Program-made: the position numbers and the translations under genes
Shown: one piece after another, positions 10,009-19,313 of the stretch
Position numbering within the stretch: the first letter of the stretch is position 1
How the letters are laid out: each line of letters opens with the position of its first letter
The notes under the pieces: generated by a model
Database searches by the model: none
What the model was told of the DNA's origin: nothing
The model's input: the letters and a program-made list of their open reading frames with translations, nothing else
NCBI GenBank assembly: GCA_021736385.1
Contig: JAIPFY010000001.1
Span: forward strand, 9,457 to 73,456
DNA from: Spirochaetia bacterium
GTDB taxonomy: Bacteria > Spirochaetota > Spirochaetia > CAKZLE01
Direction: 5' to 3'
DNA length: 64,000 nucleotides

Positions 10009-10977
10009 ATGACACAGAGCATGTTGAGGAAGATTATTCTTCTCGTATTAATACTAGCTGTAATGACTTTTTTTACGATCATGAGTCCCTACTTTTTTAC
10101 AGCGAATAACCTGTTTACCCTTCTTCAAGAAGCATCATTTCTGGGGATAGCAGCAGTTGGTGTGACATTCGTCATGATTGCCGGTGGACTGGATCTTTCC
10201 ATAGGATCAGCAACAGCACTTACTGCGATGGTTTGCATAAACTTTCTTGAGTATACCAATCTTCCTGTATTGCTATTTCTTCCTATCTCACTTTTAGCAG
10301 GTGCGTTTGTCGGGACATTCAATGGATTTGTCATAAACAGGTTCAAACTTCCAGATTTCATAGTGACACTCTCAAGTAAAGGTGTCTTCAGCGGATTGGC
10401 ATTGGTAATTGCCGTTAAGGAGAATGGATTCGTATCCAATGTCTTTATTGACAATCCCACCTATCTCTGGTTTGCAGGGAAACTGGGGCCACTTTACTAT
10501 GTGACCATAGCATTCGTCATCATCGCCATTGGAGGACATTTCCTTCTCAAATGGACCAAGTTCGGTACCTATGTCTATGCAGTTGGTGCTAATAAGAATG
10601 CAGCTATGCTCTCTGGTGTTGATATCAAACAGATCAAATATGGTGTCTACATCCTCGCAGGTGTAGCAGCATCTATAACTGCGATCTTCCAGTCTTCTCG
10701 AATGATGACCGCAATGCCTGAGATGGGTATTGGAACAGAGTTGGATATCATTGCAGCAATCGTTATCGGTGGTACAGCATTCCGAGGTGGCCGTGGCGAT
10801 ATCATAGGCACGGTGATGGGAGTCTTATTCCTGACAATCGTTAAGAATGGTATCTTCAAACTGCAGATTACACCTGCAATTCAGCAGATCGTCATCGGCG
10901 GTATCATTATTGCAGCTGTCGTATTCGATGAGTGGTATAGAAACTATTCAGCACGAAAACGAAATATGGTCGTATAG
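10009..10977 (+). CDS. Sugar ABC transporter permease (BPD_transp_2, RbsC-like)
   Basis: 322 aa and multi-TM, with the conserved GGIDLSIGS motif typical of CUT2 permeases. Confidence 0.85.
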   Translation: MTQSMLRKIILLVLILAVMTFFTIMSPYFFTANNLFTLLQEASFLGIAAVGVTFVMIAGGLDLSIGSATALTAMVCINFLEYTNLPVLLFLPISLLAGAFVGTFNGFVINRFKLPDFIVTLSSKGVFSGLALVIAVKENGFVSNVFIDNPTYLWFAGKLGPLYYVTIAFVIIAIGGHFLLKWTKFGTYVYAVGANKNAAMLSGVDIKQIKYGVYILAGVAASITAIFQSSRMMTAMPEMGIGTELDIIAAIVIGGTAFRGGRGDIIGTVMGVLFLTIVKNGIFKLQITPAIQQIVIGGIIIAAVVFDEWYRNYSARKRNMVV

Positions 10978-10979
10978 GA

Positions 10980-12509
10980 ATGGGTAATAACATTATGAGT
11001 ACAAATACGAATGATATCCTTGTGCAAGGAAAGCATGTTACAAAGTCCTATCATGGAAATGTTGTATTAGAAGATATAGAGTTTGATATCAGAAGAGGAG
11101 AGGTTCATTCTCTCGTTGGTGAGAATGGAGCCGGCAAGTCCACTCTCGTTAAGATCATCACTGGAGTAACCCCCAGAAATAATGGTGAAGTTGACTTCGA
11201 TGGACATGAACTTCCGATCGATTTTCCAAGGACCTTTGTTGAGAAACTCGGGATTGCAGTCATCTTCCAGGAATTGAGTCTGATCCCCGGTCTGACAGTT
11301 GCTCAGAATATTTTTCTAGGACGAGAACCAAAACTGGGAAAGACTCGACTTATCGATAAGAAGAAGATGGTTACAGATGCTGAAGCTATAATTAAAAAAT
11401 ACAACTTCCCCCTTGACCCCAAGGCAGAGATAGATAGCTTGAGTATCGGTAAACGACAACTTGTAGAGATCCTGAAGGCCCTATCGATGGATTCAAAATT
11501 GATGATCATGGATGAGCCTACAGCCTCATTGAACCTTAAAGAATCAAAACTCCTCTTTGATATCATCAAGAATCTTAGAGAAGAGGGCGTGAGTATCCTC
11601 TATATATCGCATCGAATGGAAGAAGTTTTTGAACTCTCTGATAGAGTAACAGTATTACGTGACGGTCAGAAGGTAGCCCTACTTGATAGAGAGGAGATTA
11701 GTCCTGAAAGGATCATCTCACTCATGATCGGAAGAGACTTGAGTGTCTCAGACTATGAAGAGAGTGTATTGAAGACAGTCTCAGGAGATACGATCCTGGA
11801 GGTCAAAAAGCTGTGCAGTGAGAAGAAGTTCTCAGATATATCATTTTCCCTTAATAAGGGTGAGATTCTTGGCATTTCAGGTCTTGTCGGTTCAGGAAGG
11901 ACTGAGATCGTAAGAGCTATCTACGGGGTAGATCCAATAACCTCAGGTTCTGTCTTGTTTGACGGGAAAGAGATTACGCCGACTGTCAAACAGTCAATCA
12001 GTCTTGGTTTCGGATTCGTTCCAGAAGATAGAAGACAACAAGGTGTATTCATGCAGCTTCCTATCAATAAGAATATCTGTTCGACCAACTTCGATCGATA
12101 TACCAGAATGGGATTTGTCAATGAGAAGGGTGAAGATGCTATCGCTGAGAGTGGGATCAATATGGTGAGTATAAAACCAAAAGATCCAAACTATATAGTC
12201 GGGAACCTTTCCGGTGGTAATCAGCAGAAAGTAGTACTGGCAAAATGGCTGGTACGTGATCTGTCTATCCTTATCATCGATGAACCTACTGCAGGTATCG
12301 ATGTCGGAGCTAAAGATGAGATCTATTCAGTCATAAACAATCTTGCACGTAAGGGTGTCGGAGTTCTTCTGATCTCTTCAGACCTTCCTGAGTTGACCCG
12401 CCTTTCTGATAGGATCATAGTCTTGAGAGAGGGTAAGATGATCAAAGAATTCAAGGATCAGAGTATAACGGAAGAAGAGGTTCTACGAGCATCTTCTGGA
12501 TTAATATAG
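10980..12509 (+). CDS. Sugar ABC transporter ATP-binding protein with duplicated nucleotide-binding domains (RbsA/MglA-like)
   Basis: Two Walker A motifs (GENGAGKST, GLVGSGRTE) and signature motifs LSIGKRQ / LSGGNQQK. 509 aa is typical of CUT2 ATPases. Confidence 0.9.
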   Translation: MGNNIMSTNTNDILVQGKHVTKSYHGNVVLEDIEFDIRRGEVHSLVGENGAGKSTLVKIITGVTPRNNGEVDFDGHELPIDFPRTFVEKLGIAVIFQELSLIPGLTVAQNIFLGREPKLGKTRLIDKKKMVTDAEAIIKKYNFPLDPKAEIDSLSIGKRQLVEILKALSMDSKLMIMDEPTASLNLKESKLLFDIIKNLREEGVSILYISHRMEEVFELSDRVTVLRDGQKVALLDREEISPERIISLMIGRDLSVSDYEESVLKTVSGDTILEVKKLCSEKKFSDISFSLNKGEILGISGLVGSGRTEIVRAIYGVDPITSGSVLFDGKEITPTVKQSISLGFGFVPEDRRQQGVFMQLPINKNICSTNFDRYTRMGFVNEKGEDAIAESGINMVSIKPKDPNYIVGNLSGGNQQKVVLAKWLVRDLSILIIDEPTAGIDVGAKDEIYSVINNLARKGVGVLLISSDLPELTRLSDRIIVLREGKMIKEFKDQSITEEEVLRASSGLI

Positions 12510-12519
12510 GGGGAGTATA

Positions 12520-13485
12520 ATGATTCCAAAACTATTTCATAAATATAAACTACTGTTCATCCTCATTTTGATGGCAGCAGTATTATCAATAATCTCTCCC
12601 AGATTCCTGACAAAAGAGAATCTATCAAATGTCTTATGGTCTATCAGTATCGTCGGGATTATGGTGTCAGGTACGATCTATTCTCCGATCACTTCGGGTG
12701 TAGACCTCTCTGTAGGATCGCTTGCAGCACTATCCGGAGTCCTGTTTGCCAAGTTCATGATAACCTTCGGGTTTGGTTTGATCCCCAGTATACTTCTTAC
12801 GATCGCTATTGCATGTACTATCGGATTCATCCATGGGCTTATCATAACCAGGATCAATGTCCCTCCACTGATCATAACCATGGCAGCGAAGACCTATCTG
12901 TTTGGTATCGCTATGTTAATCTCAAAAGGTGAGATGATCCCTATCATGGAACCTAGCTCCTTCATGGCTATCGGTGGAGGCAAGATCCTTGGTTTCCCTA
13001 TCCCTATCTTCATCATGGTCATTTTCATCCTCTTGAGTCATATCCTACTCAAGAAGACTGCCTATGGTAGAAAAGCACTGGCCGTCGGGGCAAACCCAGT
13101 GACGGCAGAACTCTCAGGTATCGATGCAATGCAGATCCAGACGATCGCCTATATCCTATCTGCCTTCACAGCAGCAATAGCGGGACTGGTTCTCTGTTCA
13201 ATATCACAGCTTGCCTATGCACTTCTTGGACAGGGATTAGAGCTTGAAGTCATCACCGCTATCGTACTTGGGGGAACACCGTTGGGTGGTGGAGGATTCG
13301 GAACAGTATTCGGTGCTCTCATCGGAACCGTTATGGTTGGATTCATTGGAAACGGTCTGAATCTGATGAATGTCCCCTCATCATTCCATCCGATTGTGAC
13401 TGGTCTGGTGATCATCAGTGCTCTGGCATTGAATGAGAACCTGAGAATGGGATCCGGTACAAAATTAAAGAAGGCTAAACTGTAG
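12520..13485 (+). CDS. Sugar ABC transporter permease (second permease, RbsC-like)
   Basis: 321 aa, multi-TM, with the GVDLSVGS motif. Confidence 0.85.
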   Translation: MIPKLFHKYKLLFILILMAAVLSIISPRFLTKENLSNVLWSISIVGIMVSGTIYSPITSGVDLSVGSLAALSGVLFAKFMITFGFGLIPSILLTIAIACTIGFIHGLIITRINVPPLIITMAAKTYLFGIAMLISKGEMIPIMEPSSFMAIGGGKILGFPIPIFIMVIFILLSHILLKKTAYGRKALAVGANPVTAELSGIDAMQIQTIAYILSAFTAAIAGLVLCSISQLAYALLGQGLELEVITAIVLGGTPLGGGGFGTVFGALIGTVMVGFIGNGLNLMNVPSSFHPIVTGLVIISALALNENLRMGSGTKLKKAKL

Positions 13486-13493
13486 ATCTGTTT

Positions 13494-14225
13494 TTATCTG
13501 GTCAACTGGTCATTGAAGAGCTGGGCGTGTGCAAAGTGTTCTCTAAGCGCATATTCAGCTTTTTTTACATCCCTGTCTTTGATAGCTTCAAGGATAGAAC
13601 AGTGTTCATGAATCGCATCAGATAGCCTCTGATTAATGGATTCTTTGTCTATATGATCAGCAAGTGAATTTAGAATATCTAGCATAGCGACATTCAATCT
13701 AGTTAATTCAGTCTTTAATACAATATTCTTAGAATAGGCTGCCAATCTCAGATGGAACAGCATATCTTCATTGAAGGAGAAGCGACCCTCTCTATAATGA
13801 TCAGCCTGCTGAGCTTGTAGTTGTGCTAACGCTTCAAGTTCTTCATCTGTAGAGTTCTTGATCACGAGTTTTACCGCATAAACTTCAAGTTCTCTTCGTA
13901 CATTGGCAAGGGAGACAAAGTCATCTTTACTGGTATTGGTAATATTAGCAATCAGACCTTCAAGAACCTCAATCTCAGTCTCTCTGATATAGGTTCCACT
14001 CTGTGGTAGGGTATAGACGATTCCATAGGTCTCAAGACGTTTCATTGCCTTACTTATCACAATACGCGGAAGCCCCATCCTCTCTTCTAACCTCTTCTCT
14101 GAAGGGAGTCTATCTCCTGGATTGAGTTTCCTCTCAACGATAAGTGTCTGAATCTGCTCGATTACAAGATCTGTCAGATCCTGTTGTTCTATCTTGTTGA
14201 AGTAATTAATTATGTTCTTTTTCAT
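13494..14225 (-). CDS. GntR-family transcriptional regulator (FadR/FCD C-terminal domain)
   Basis: N-terminal wHTH (LNPGDRLPSEKRLEERMGLPRIVISKAMKRLETYGIV) plus a helical FCD-like C-terminus. It lies convergent to the ABC operon. Confidence 0.85.
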   Translation of the reverse strand: MKKNIINYFNKIEQQDLTDLVIEQIQTLIVERKLNPGDRLPSEKRLEERMGLPRIVISKAMKRLETYGIVYTLPQSGTYIRETEIEVLEGLIANITNTSKDDFVSLANVRRELEVYAVKLVIKNSTDEELEALAQLQAQQADHYREGRFSFNEDMLFHLRLAAYSKNIVLKTELTRLNVAMLDILNSLADHIDKESINQRLSDAIHEHCSILEAIKDRDVKKAEYALREHFAHAQLFNDQLTR

Positions 14226-14483
14226 CTAGGTACCTCATTGATGATTATACAGGAGAGATGGGAAACTGTCACCTAACAGTCAGATAAGAATGCATAAGAA
14301 CAACCATACTAGGAGTACAGCCCCCAATACAGGGGGAATCGCTCCCAACAGGACTCACATGATCACGATACATGGTGATCATCGTAGATTACCGCTATGA
14401 TTATCACATAGCCTCTTGTATATAGCCAGGGAGAGGGCTAACCCACCCCATATGGGCATGGAAGAGGGCTATTCACCCTTCCT

Positions 14484-15062
14484 CTATGCCTGTAGCGCAT
14501 GTAATTTCTTGAGATTGTAGGCCAAACAGACCAGGTCCCATTCTCCCTGGGCGGACTCCACTCCTCGAAGTAGAAACTGACGAAATCCCATCACTGATTT
14601 GATGACCCCACATACCGGTTCGACGGTGCTCTTTCGTTTTGCGTAGATCTCATGCCCCGCATCCGTCTGCAACCGATACTTCATAAGCTCTACGGTATCT
14701 GCACCATCAGGCGGTCCTTCAAGCGGTTCTCCTGCAAGACGCTTATCCAACCACCGGTTATGCTTCTCCCGATGTGTACAGATATAGGGTACGATCGTAT
14801 GCTTCTCACACTGTTTTACATTCGATGCACTGAAATATCCGGTATCTGCAAGTAATCCGTGTACGGTCCCTATCGTATCAGGAAGCTCCTCCAGGGCCTC
14901 TAATGCTGGTATTACTTCCTGCTTATCATTCGTATGCTGACTCAGATGCTGCCCTACGATCAGCATGCTATCACTATCAACACGTGCCTGTCCGTTATAC
15001 CCCTGTACGAACCCTCCGCCAGATTGTGGCATGATTCGGGATTCTTCATCGGTAAGGTTCAC
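14484..15062 (-). pseudogene. Transposase fragment, C-terminal ~2/3 of an IS5/IS1182-superfamily DDE transposase (N-terminus missing)
   Basis: GYNGQARVDSDSMLIV (first DDE Asp region), ADTGYFSASN, and the C-terminal STVEPVCGVIKSVMGFRQFLLRGVESAQGEWDLVCLAYNLKKL, which is typical of IS1182/IS5-type transposases. No upstream coding continuation, so the gene is truncated. Confidence 0.6.
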
Positions 15063-15164
15063 CTGATCTGTATCTCTTGGCCCGGGTGTTGGTGGTTTCG
15101 GTTTTTCGGTTCAACATTAATTTCTGTCTAATTTTTCATCTTTGATAAGATTTACGGCTAGCAT

Positions 15165-15240
15165 GCATAATCTTCTAAAAGAAGTATTGGGTATCAGAAA
15201 TACCATACGATTTCTTACGGATGGTTTTTATAAGATTATG
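15165..15240. repeat. AT-rich structured segment with imperfect inverted repeats (CATAATCTTCTAAAAG ... TTTTTATAAGATTATG) flanking an internal GGTAT/ATACC palindrome; possible IS-end or MITE-like remnant
   Basis: Inverted repeat visible in sequence between the transposase fragment and repeat copy B. Confidence 0.25.
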
Positions 15241-15321
15241 GATCTGAAGTTTTCTCCATGTAATGCTGTGAGTGATGAGCAGTGTTGCAGTGATGTGTCA
15301 TCGAAAAGAGCAGATCAATCT

Positions 15322-15455
15322 AATCACTCATAGTCACCGAACCGCTATACGCAGGATAGCTGTCATGAACCTCAATGACTGCCTGAGAAGACACTGTGCA
15401 TCCTCGAAGATGCCTTCCAACGAGTCGATCGGAATCCCGGGGAGCCTCCCCAGAG
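15322..15455 (+). repeat. 133-bp repeat, copy B (direct repeat of 6168-6300)
   Basis: Near-identical to copy A (2 mismatches) in the same orientation. On the minus strand it supplies the 3' end and stop of the OadG-like ORF. Confidence 0.85.
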
Positions 15456-15758
15456 CGACCCATGTCTTCCCGGGACCTCAGCTGCAGAGATCTTCGCAGT
15501 CGGTTCAGGGGAAGAGCGTGGCAGGTCCCGGTACCGGTGACAGGCAGCGGCTATCGCTAGTGCGATCGCTGCTGTCTCCTGCTCAGAGCAATCAGACGGT
15601 CCAGGGGAAGCCTGAACCGGTGCTGAGGGAGCTCGGTCCTCACAGCGCTGTGAGATCATCCTGACCAGATGCGCCGACAGGTAGATCAGTCCCATGATGA
15701 TCACACTGCGCAGCACCCCGTCAGTCAGGGCCTCTGCGGCACTCACATACTGCTGCAT
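15372..15758 (-). CDS. Possible OadG/MmdD-like small membrane subunit of a Na+-translocating decarboxylase; 3' end fused into repeat copy B
   Basis: ATG at 15758 with GGAGAAG RBS overlaps the carboxyltransferase stop. MQQYVSAAEALTDGVLRSVIIMGLIYLSAHLV is a single TM helix followed by an Ala/Pro-rich linker, as in OadG-family proteins. The reading frame then continues into the repeat. Confidence 0.25.
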   Translation of the reverse strand: MQQYVSAAEALTDGVLRSVIIMGLIYLSAHLVRMISQRCEDRAPSAPVQASPGPSDCSEQETAAIALAIAAACHRYRDLPRSSPEPTAKISAAEVPGRHGSLWGGSPGFRSTRWKASSRMHSVFSGSH

Positions 15759-15771
15759 CACGACTTCTCCT

Positions 15772-17319
15772 TCATACCGGCATGAGCCCGTGTTTCTTTG
15801 GAGGGAGTGTCTCTCGCTTCTGTGAGAGCTGATCAAAGATCCGGATCAGTGCAGACCTGGTCTGTGAGGGTATGATCACATCATCGATGTAGTTCTTGCC
15901 TGCAGCGACGTAGGGATTGAGGAACTGCTCCCGATAGGACTCGATTCGCTGCTGCTGCTCCTTCTGAGGATCTTTCGCCCCGTCGATCTCTTTCCTGAAG
16001 ATGATCGAGGCTGCGCCCTGTGCTCCCATGACGGCGATCTCAGCTGTAGGCCAGGCCAGCACCATATCGGCCCCGAGCTCTTTCGAACACATCCCGAGGT
16101 ATGAGCCGCCGAAAGCCTTTCGCAGGATGACGGTCACCTTCGGCACAGTCGCTTCACTGTAGGCATAGAGCATCTTGGCCCCGTGACGTATGACCCCGCC
16201 GTACTCCTGACCGGTACCGGGAAGGAATCCGGGCACATCAACGAGATTGAGCAGCGGGAGATTATATGCGTTGCAGATCCTGATGAACCTGCTTGCTTTG
16301 TCAGATGCGTTGATATCCATGCAGCCGGCCATGACCTTCGGCTGGTTGGCCACCACCCCGACACTCCGTCCTGATATATGGATGAAGCCCGTGATGATGT
16401 TCTTCGCATAGCCGGCACTGACCTCGAAGAACGTTCCCCCGTCGGCGATCGCCCCGATCACCTGCTTCATATCATAGGAGCGCTGTGACTGATCAGGGAT
16501 GATCGTATCAAGCTCAGCGATGCTGCGCATCGGATCGGCTGTACGCTCACCTGCTGGAGGATCATCCATGTTGTTCGAAGGAAGGTATGACAGGAGGGTG
16601 CGGACCTGTTCAAGACAGGACTGTTCATCATCACACAGGAAGTGGGCGACACCGCTCACCTCGTTGTGGGTCTGTGCCCCTCCGAGGGCCTCAGCGGTCA
16701 CCTCTTCGCCGGTCACTGTCTTGATGACATCCGGTCCGGTGAGAAACATCTTGCCGGTCCCTTTGACCATGAAGATGAAATCGGTCAGTGCCGGTGAATA
16801 GGAGGCGCCGCCTGCACAGGGACCCATGATGACCGAGATCTGGGGGATCACCCCGCTCGATACCGCATTCTGATGGAAGATCGAGCCGTATCCGGACATC
16901 GAATCCACACCTTCCTGGATCCGTGCCCCGCCGGAATCATTCAACCCCACGATCGGGGAACCTGTCTTGAGAGCGAGCTGCATGATGTTCAGGATCTTCT
17001 GTGCATGCATCTTGCCAAGAGATCCTCCCATGATCGTATAATCCTGTGCGAAGGCATAGACCGGTCTGTCATCGACAGTCCCGAAGCCGGTGATCACCGC
17101 ATCGTAGGGGATCTCTTTGGCATCCATGCCGAAATCGACACTCTGGTGGACTGCGAAGGCCCCGATCTCCATGAAACTGCCGGGATCAAAGAACCGTTCC
17201 AGTCGCTCACGAGCAGTATACTTGCCCTGTTCATGCTGACGTGTGACCCGTTCACTTCCGCCTGCCTCAAGAAGCTGCTCTTTCCGTGCTTTCAGTCGCT
17301 CAAGCTCCACTGTTCCCAT
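15772..17319 (-). CDS. Acyl-CoA carboxyltransferase subunit (propionyl-CoA carboxylase beta / methylmalonyl-CoA decarboxylase alpha family)
   Basis: 515 aa with N-terminal MGTVELERLKARKEQLLEAGG...RERLERFFDPGSFMEIG and duplicated crotonase-like carboxyltransferase domains; strong family resemblance. Confidence 0.85.
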   Translation of the reverse strand: MGTVELERLKARKEQLLEAGGSERVTRQHEQGKYTARERLERFFDPGSFMEIGAFAVHQSVDFGMDAKEIPYDAVITGFGTVDDRPVYAFAQDYTIMGGSLGKMHAQKILNIMQLALKTGSPIVGLNDSGGARIQEGVDSMSGYGSIFHQNAVSSGVIPQISVIMGPCAGGASYSPALTDFIFMVKGTGKMFLTGPDVIKTVTGEEVTAEALGGAQTHNEVSGVAHFLCDDEQSCLEQVRTLLSYLPSNNMDDPPAGERTADPMRSIAELDTIIPDQSQRSYDMKQVIGAIADGGTFFEVSAGYAKNIITGFIHISGRSVGVVANQPKVMAGCMDINASDKASRFIRICNAYNLPLLNLVDVPGFLPGTGQEYGGVIRHGAKMLYAYSEATVPKVTVILRKAFGGSYLGMCSKELGADMVLAWPTAEIAVMGAQGAASIIFRKEIDGAKDPQKEQQQRIESYREQFLNPYVAAGKNYIDDVIIPSQTRSALIRIFDQLSQKRETLPPKKHGLMPV

Positions 17320-17398
17320 GGTACCCTGCCTTGTTGGCCGTACGGAAGCGATGAGGCGTTACACTGACAATCTTGTTCTACTGTGATGATTATAGTCG

Positions 17399-17818
17399 TT
17401 ATCTTCTGTCCCCGAGGACCTTGAGCAGCTTCTTGAGCACCTCTTCCTCTTCAGGAGAGAACTCACCGAGCACCTTCTCATTCGCCTCGAGCGTGATCCG
17501 TGTAGCGATGTCTTCCACCTCGAAGCCCCGCTGCGTCAGGAACACACTCTGAGCCCTGCGGTCCTGAGGATCGGCCCGTCTCTCGATGAAGCCTTTTGCC
17601 TCCATCCGGTCAATGATCCCGGTCATCGTGGAAGCATTCACTGAAAGTTCATCTGACAGAGCCTTCAGGCCTTGACCATCCTGCTTATAGAGGCAGTTAA
17701 GCACCCCGCACTGTACCGGAGTTATTTCGTAGTCCGCAAGCATCAATTTGAATTCCTGATTGACCGCCAGTTGTGCTTTTGTCAGAAGAAAATTGACGCA
17801 TGAGTTCAGTTCTACCAT
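17399..17818 (-). CDS. MarR-family transcriptional regulator
   Basis: 139 aa with wHTH (ITPVQCGVLNCLYKQDGQGLKALSDELSVNASTMTGIIDRMEAKGFIERRADPQDRR); ATG with AGAGG RBS. Confidence 0.85.
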   Translation of the reverse strand: MVELNSCVNFLLTKAQLAVNQEFKLMLADYEITPVQCGVLNCLYKQDGQGLKALSDELSVNASTMTGIIDRMEAKGFIERRADPQDRRAQSVFLTQRGFEVEDIATRITLEANEKVLGEFSPEEEEVLKKLLKVLGDRR

Positions 17819-17960
17819 TTCGTACCTCTTTTTTTACCCTACCATATACTACACGGACATATTATCAACAACGAAGCTATAGGAACAGACCGTTCATTCA
17901 TTTTCACAGTAAAACCCTGTAAAGACTGCAGTGATACCTCCATTTCCATACTGGTTCTCG

Positions 17961-17995
17961 TATGTGTAATATGCATACATGTAATTTGTATCCAT
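17961..17995. promoter_or_regulatory. Candidate MarR operator/promoter element in an AT-rich intergenic region (TATGCATA palindrome flanked by TGTAAT direct repeats)
   Basis: Sequence tatgtgtaatatgcatacatgtaatttgtatcc lies ~150 bp upstream of the marR-like ATG. Confidence 0.25.
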
Positions 17996-18293
17996 ATTAT
18001 ATACATCCTAATTTTTTAAGTCAATAAAGCATTCTGCTTTATACCTGACTGCTTCACCCGCTGATCCATACTCTGCCGCGGCAGGAGAGCAACAACGTTG
18101 TCCGCCTGCCGCAATGCAGCCTATGGATCCAAAGCTACCAGTCCGCATGCAGAGGGCATCTTCCTACGAGACTCCCATCCACATGCTTCATATCCGGCTG
18201 CAGACGATCGACAGGCTGACGTATTCATATTGAATCACCTGTCCCCTGCAGCAAAGAATGCATCCATGCTCAGGCCGTTCGATCGGCTCCGGT

Positions 18294-19313
18294 TCAGCAC
18301 ATCTCTCGAAGCAGTTCTTCTGAGAGTGCAGGCACGATCGTGAACAGGTCACCGACAAGTCGGAAGTCTGCGATCGCATGGATGGGTGCATTGGCATTCG
18401 TGTTGATAGTGATGATGCATTCTGACTCGGACATCCCCGCCAGATGCTGGACGGCACCTGAGATACCGCAGGCGATGTACACCTTCGGTCGTACCGTGGT
18501 CCCGGTCTGACCGACCTGATGTGAGGAGTGGATCCATCCGCTGTCAACTGCGGCACGGGAAGCCCCGACCACTCCGCCGAACTGATCGGCAAGCTTCTGC
18601 AGCAGAGCGAACCCCTCAGGTCCCCCTACCCCTCTTCCGCCGGAGATGATGATCTCCGCATCACCGAGTGATACGCGTTTCTTCACCTCTTTGACGATCT
18701 CCTTCACGCGCGCGATGATATCATCTTCAGCGATCTCCGGTGTGATCCTGATGATCTCTGCATGCCGCTTCGCATGCGGGGCACAGACCATCACCCCGGG
18801 TCTGACCGTAGAGATCTGCGGTCTGTTCCGCGGGCAGACGATCACTGCCATGAGGTTCCCCCCGAAGGCCGGTCGTGTCTGCAGCAGTCTGCCGTCTGTC
18901 TCATCGATATCGAGTCCGGTACAGTCGGCAGTCAGTCCGGTCCCCAGGCTTGCCGCGAGTCTTGGTGCCAGGTCTCTTCCCAGAGAGGTCGCTCCCACCA
19001 GGACGATCTCAGGCTGTTCGGCAAGGACCAGCTCATTGAGGACCTTCTTGTACCCGTCAGTCGTGTAATCCTTGAGCAGAGGGTGTTCTGCGTAGATGAC
19101 CCGGTCAGCTCCGTAATCAGCTGCCTGGCTGACCTCCTCATCCATCTCATACCCGAGGATCACCACTGTCAGTTGAGACCCGCGCTTATCGGCGAGTCTG
19201 CGGCCCTCACCCATCAGTTCATAGGTCACATGCAGCAGCTTCCCTCCTCGCTGCTCAGCGATGACCCATACACCCTTCCATTGATCCAGTTCTAATGCTC
19301 TATTTGCTTTCAT
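18294..19313 (-). CDS. etfA: Electron transfer flavoprotein alpha subunit (EtfA), copy 1
   Basis: 339 aa with a C-terminal FAD-binding region (VYIACGISGAVQHLAGM, PKVYIA). Translationally coupled to EtfB (ATGA overlap at 19310-19313). Confidence 0.9.
   Translation of the reverse strand: MKANRALELDQWKGVWVIAEQRGGKLLHVTYELMGEGRRLADKRGSQLTVVILGYEMDEEVSQAADYGADRVIYAEHPLLKDYTTDGYKKVLNELVLAEQPEIVLVGATSLGRDLAPRLAASLGTGLTADCTGLDIDETDGRLLQTRPAFGGNLMAVIVCPRNRPQISTVRPGVMVCAPHAKRHAEIIRITPEIAEDDIIARVKEIVKEVKKRVSLGDAEIIISGGRGVGGPEGFALLQKLADQFGGVVGASRAAVDSGWIHSSHQVGQTGTTVRPKVYIACGISGAVQHLAGMSESECIITINTNANAPIHAIADFRLVGDLFTIVPALSEELLREMC

Noticed and set aside
14226-14483. Possible IS terminal inverted repeat downstream of the truncated transposase (GAGGGCTA-containing repeats)
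   Set aside because: Only short imperfect direct repeats were seen; no convincing inverted repeat matching anything near the other end of the element.
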